Assembly (NCBI GenBank): GCA_951406725.2
Contig: OX597833.1
Span: forward strand, 48,112,001 to 48,176,000
DNA from: Octopus vulgaris
Lineage: Eukaryota
DNA length: 64,000 bases
Reading direction: 5' to 3'
Part shown: in pieces, positions 63,886-64,000 of the stretch
How the letters are laid out: the number at the start of each line of letters is the position of its first letter
Position numbering within the stretch: the first letter of the stretch is position 1
Position numbers and translations under genes: made by a program
Notes under the pieces: model-generated
Told to the model about the DNA's origin: nothing
Databases searched by the model: none
The model's input: only the letters and a program-made list of their open reading frames with translations

Positions 63886-64000
63886 TGTCTGACCAGCGAG
63901 GGGGAAGCGGCTGACCTCCCCTGTTCGAAGGTTATAATGGACACAGGTTCGTGTGTCATATAGCTAGCTAGAGGCAATGGCCTCTTGAGAGCTAATCAAC

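Overview
Eukaryotic, AT-rich, very repeat-dense genomic DNA. The repeat landscape (tRNA-headed SINEs, CR1/RTE fragments, long (TA)n/(TG)n/(TATG)n tracts) looks like a coleoid cephalopod, most likely Octopus; this is inferred from recall, not from a search. Almost all ORFs in the supplied track are repeat artefacts. Two real spliced genes can be rebuilt by hand on the + strand, with GT-AG introns and consistent phases. (1) The last five exons of a SAXO/FAM154-like microtubule inner protein gene (1406-18849, 5' partial). (2) The first nine exons of a SID-1 transmembrane family (SIDT1/2-like) gene (25570-59147, 3' partial, 20.5-kb first intron). The most striking non-genic signal is four unrelated short elements, each carrying a minimal type-I hammerhead-ribozyme fold with a palindromic stem III (Penelope-like-element style). 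Across them the tertiary 3-8 core pair co-varies as C-G, G-C and U-A, and one ribozyme is fused behind a tRNA-derived Pol III head. Several foldback insertions share the architecture direct repeat / arm / spacer / inverted arm / direct repeat, and one has captured a 223-bp copy of nearby DNA. Also present: other local templated duplications, nested MITE/LTR/SINE insertions, a mariner foldback derivative and SINE-derived tandem arrays.
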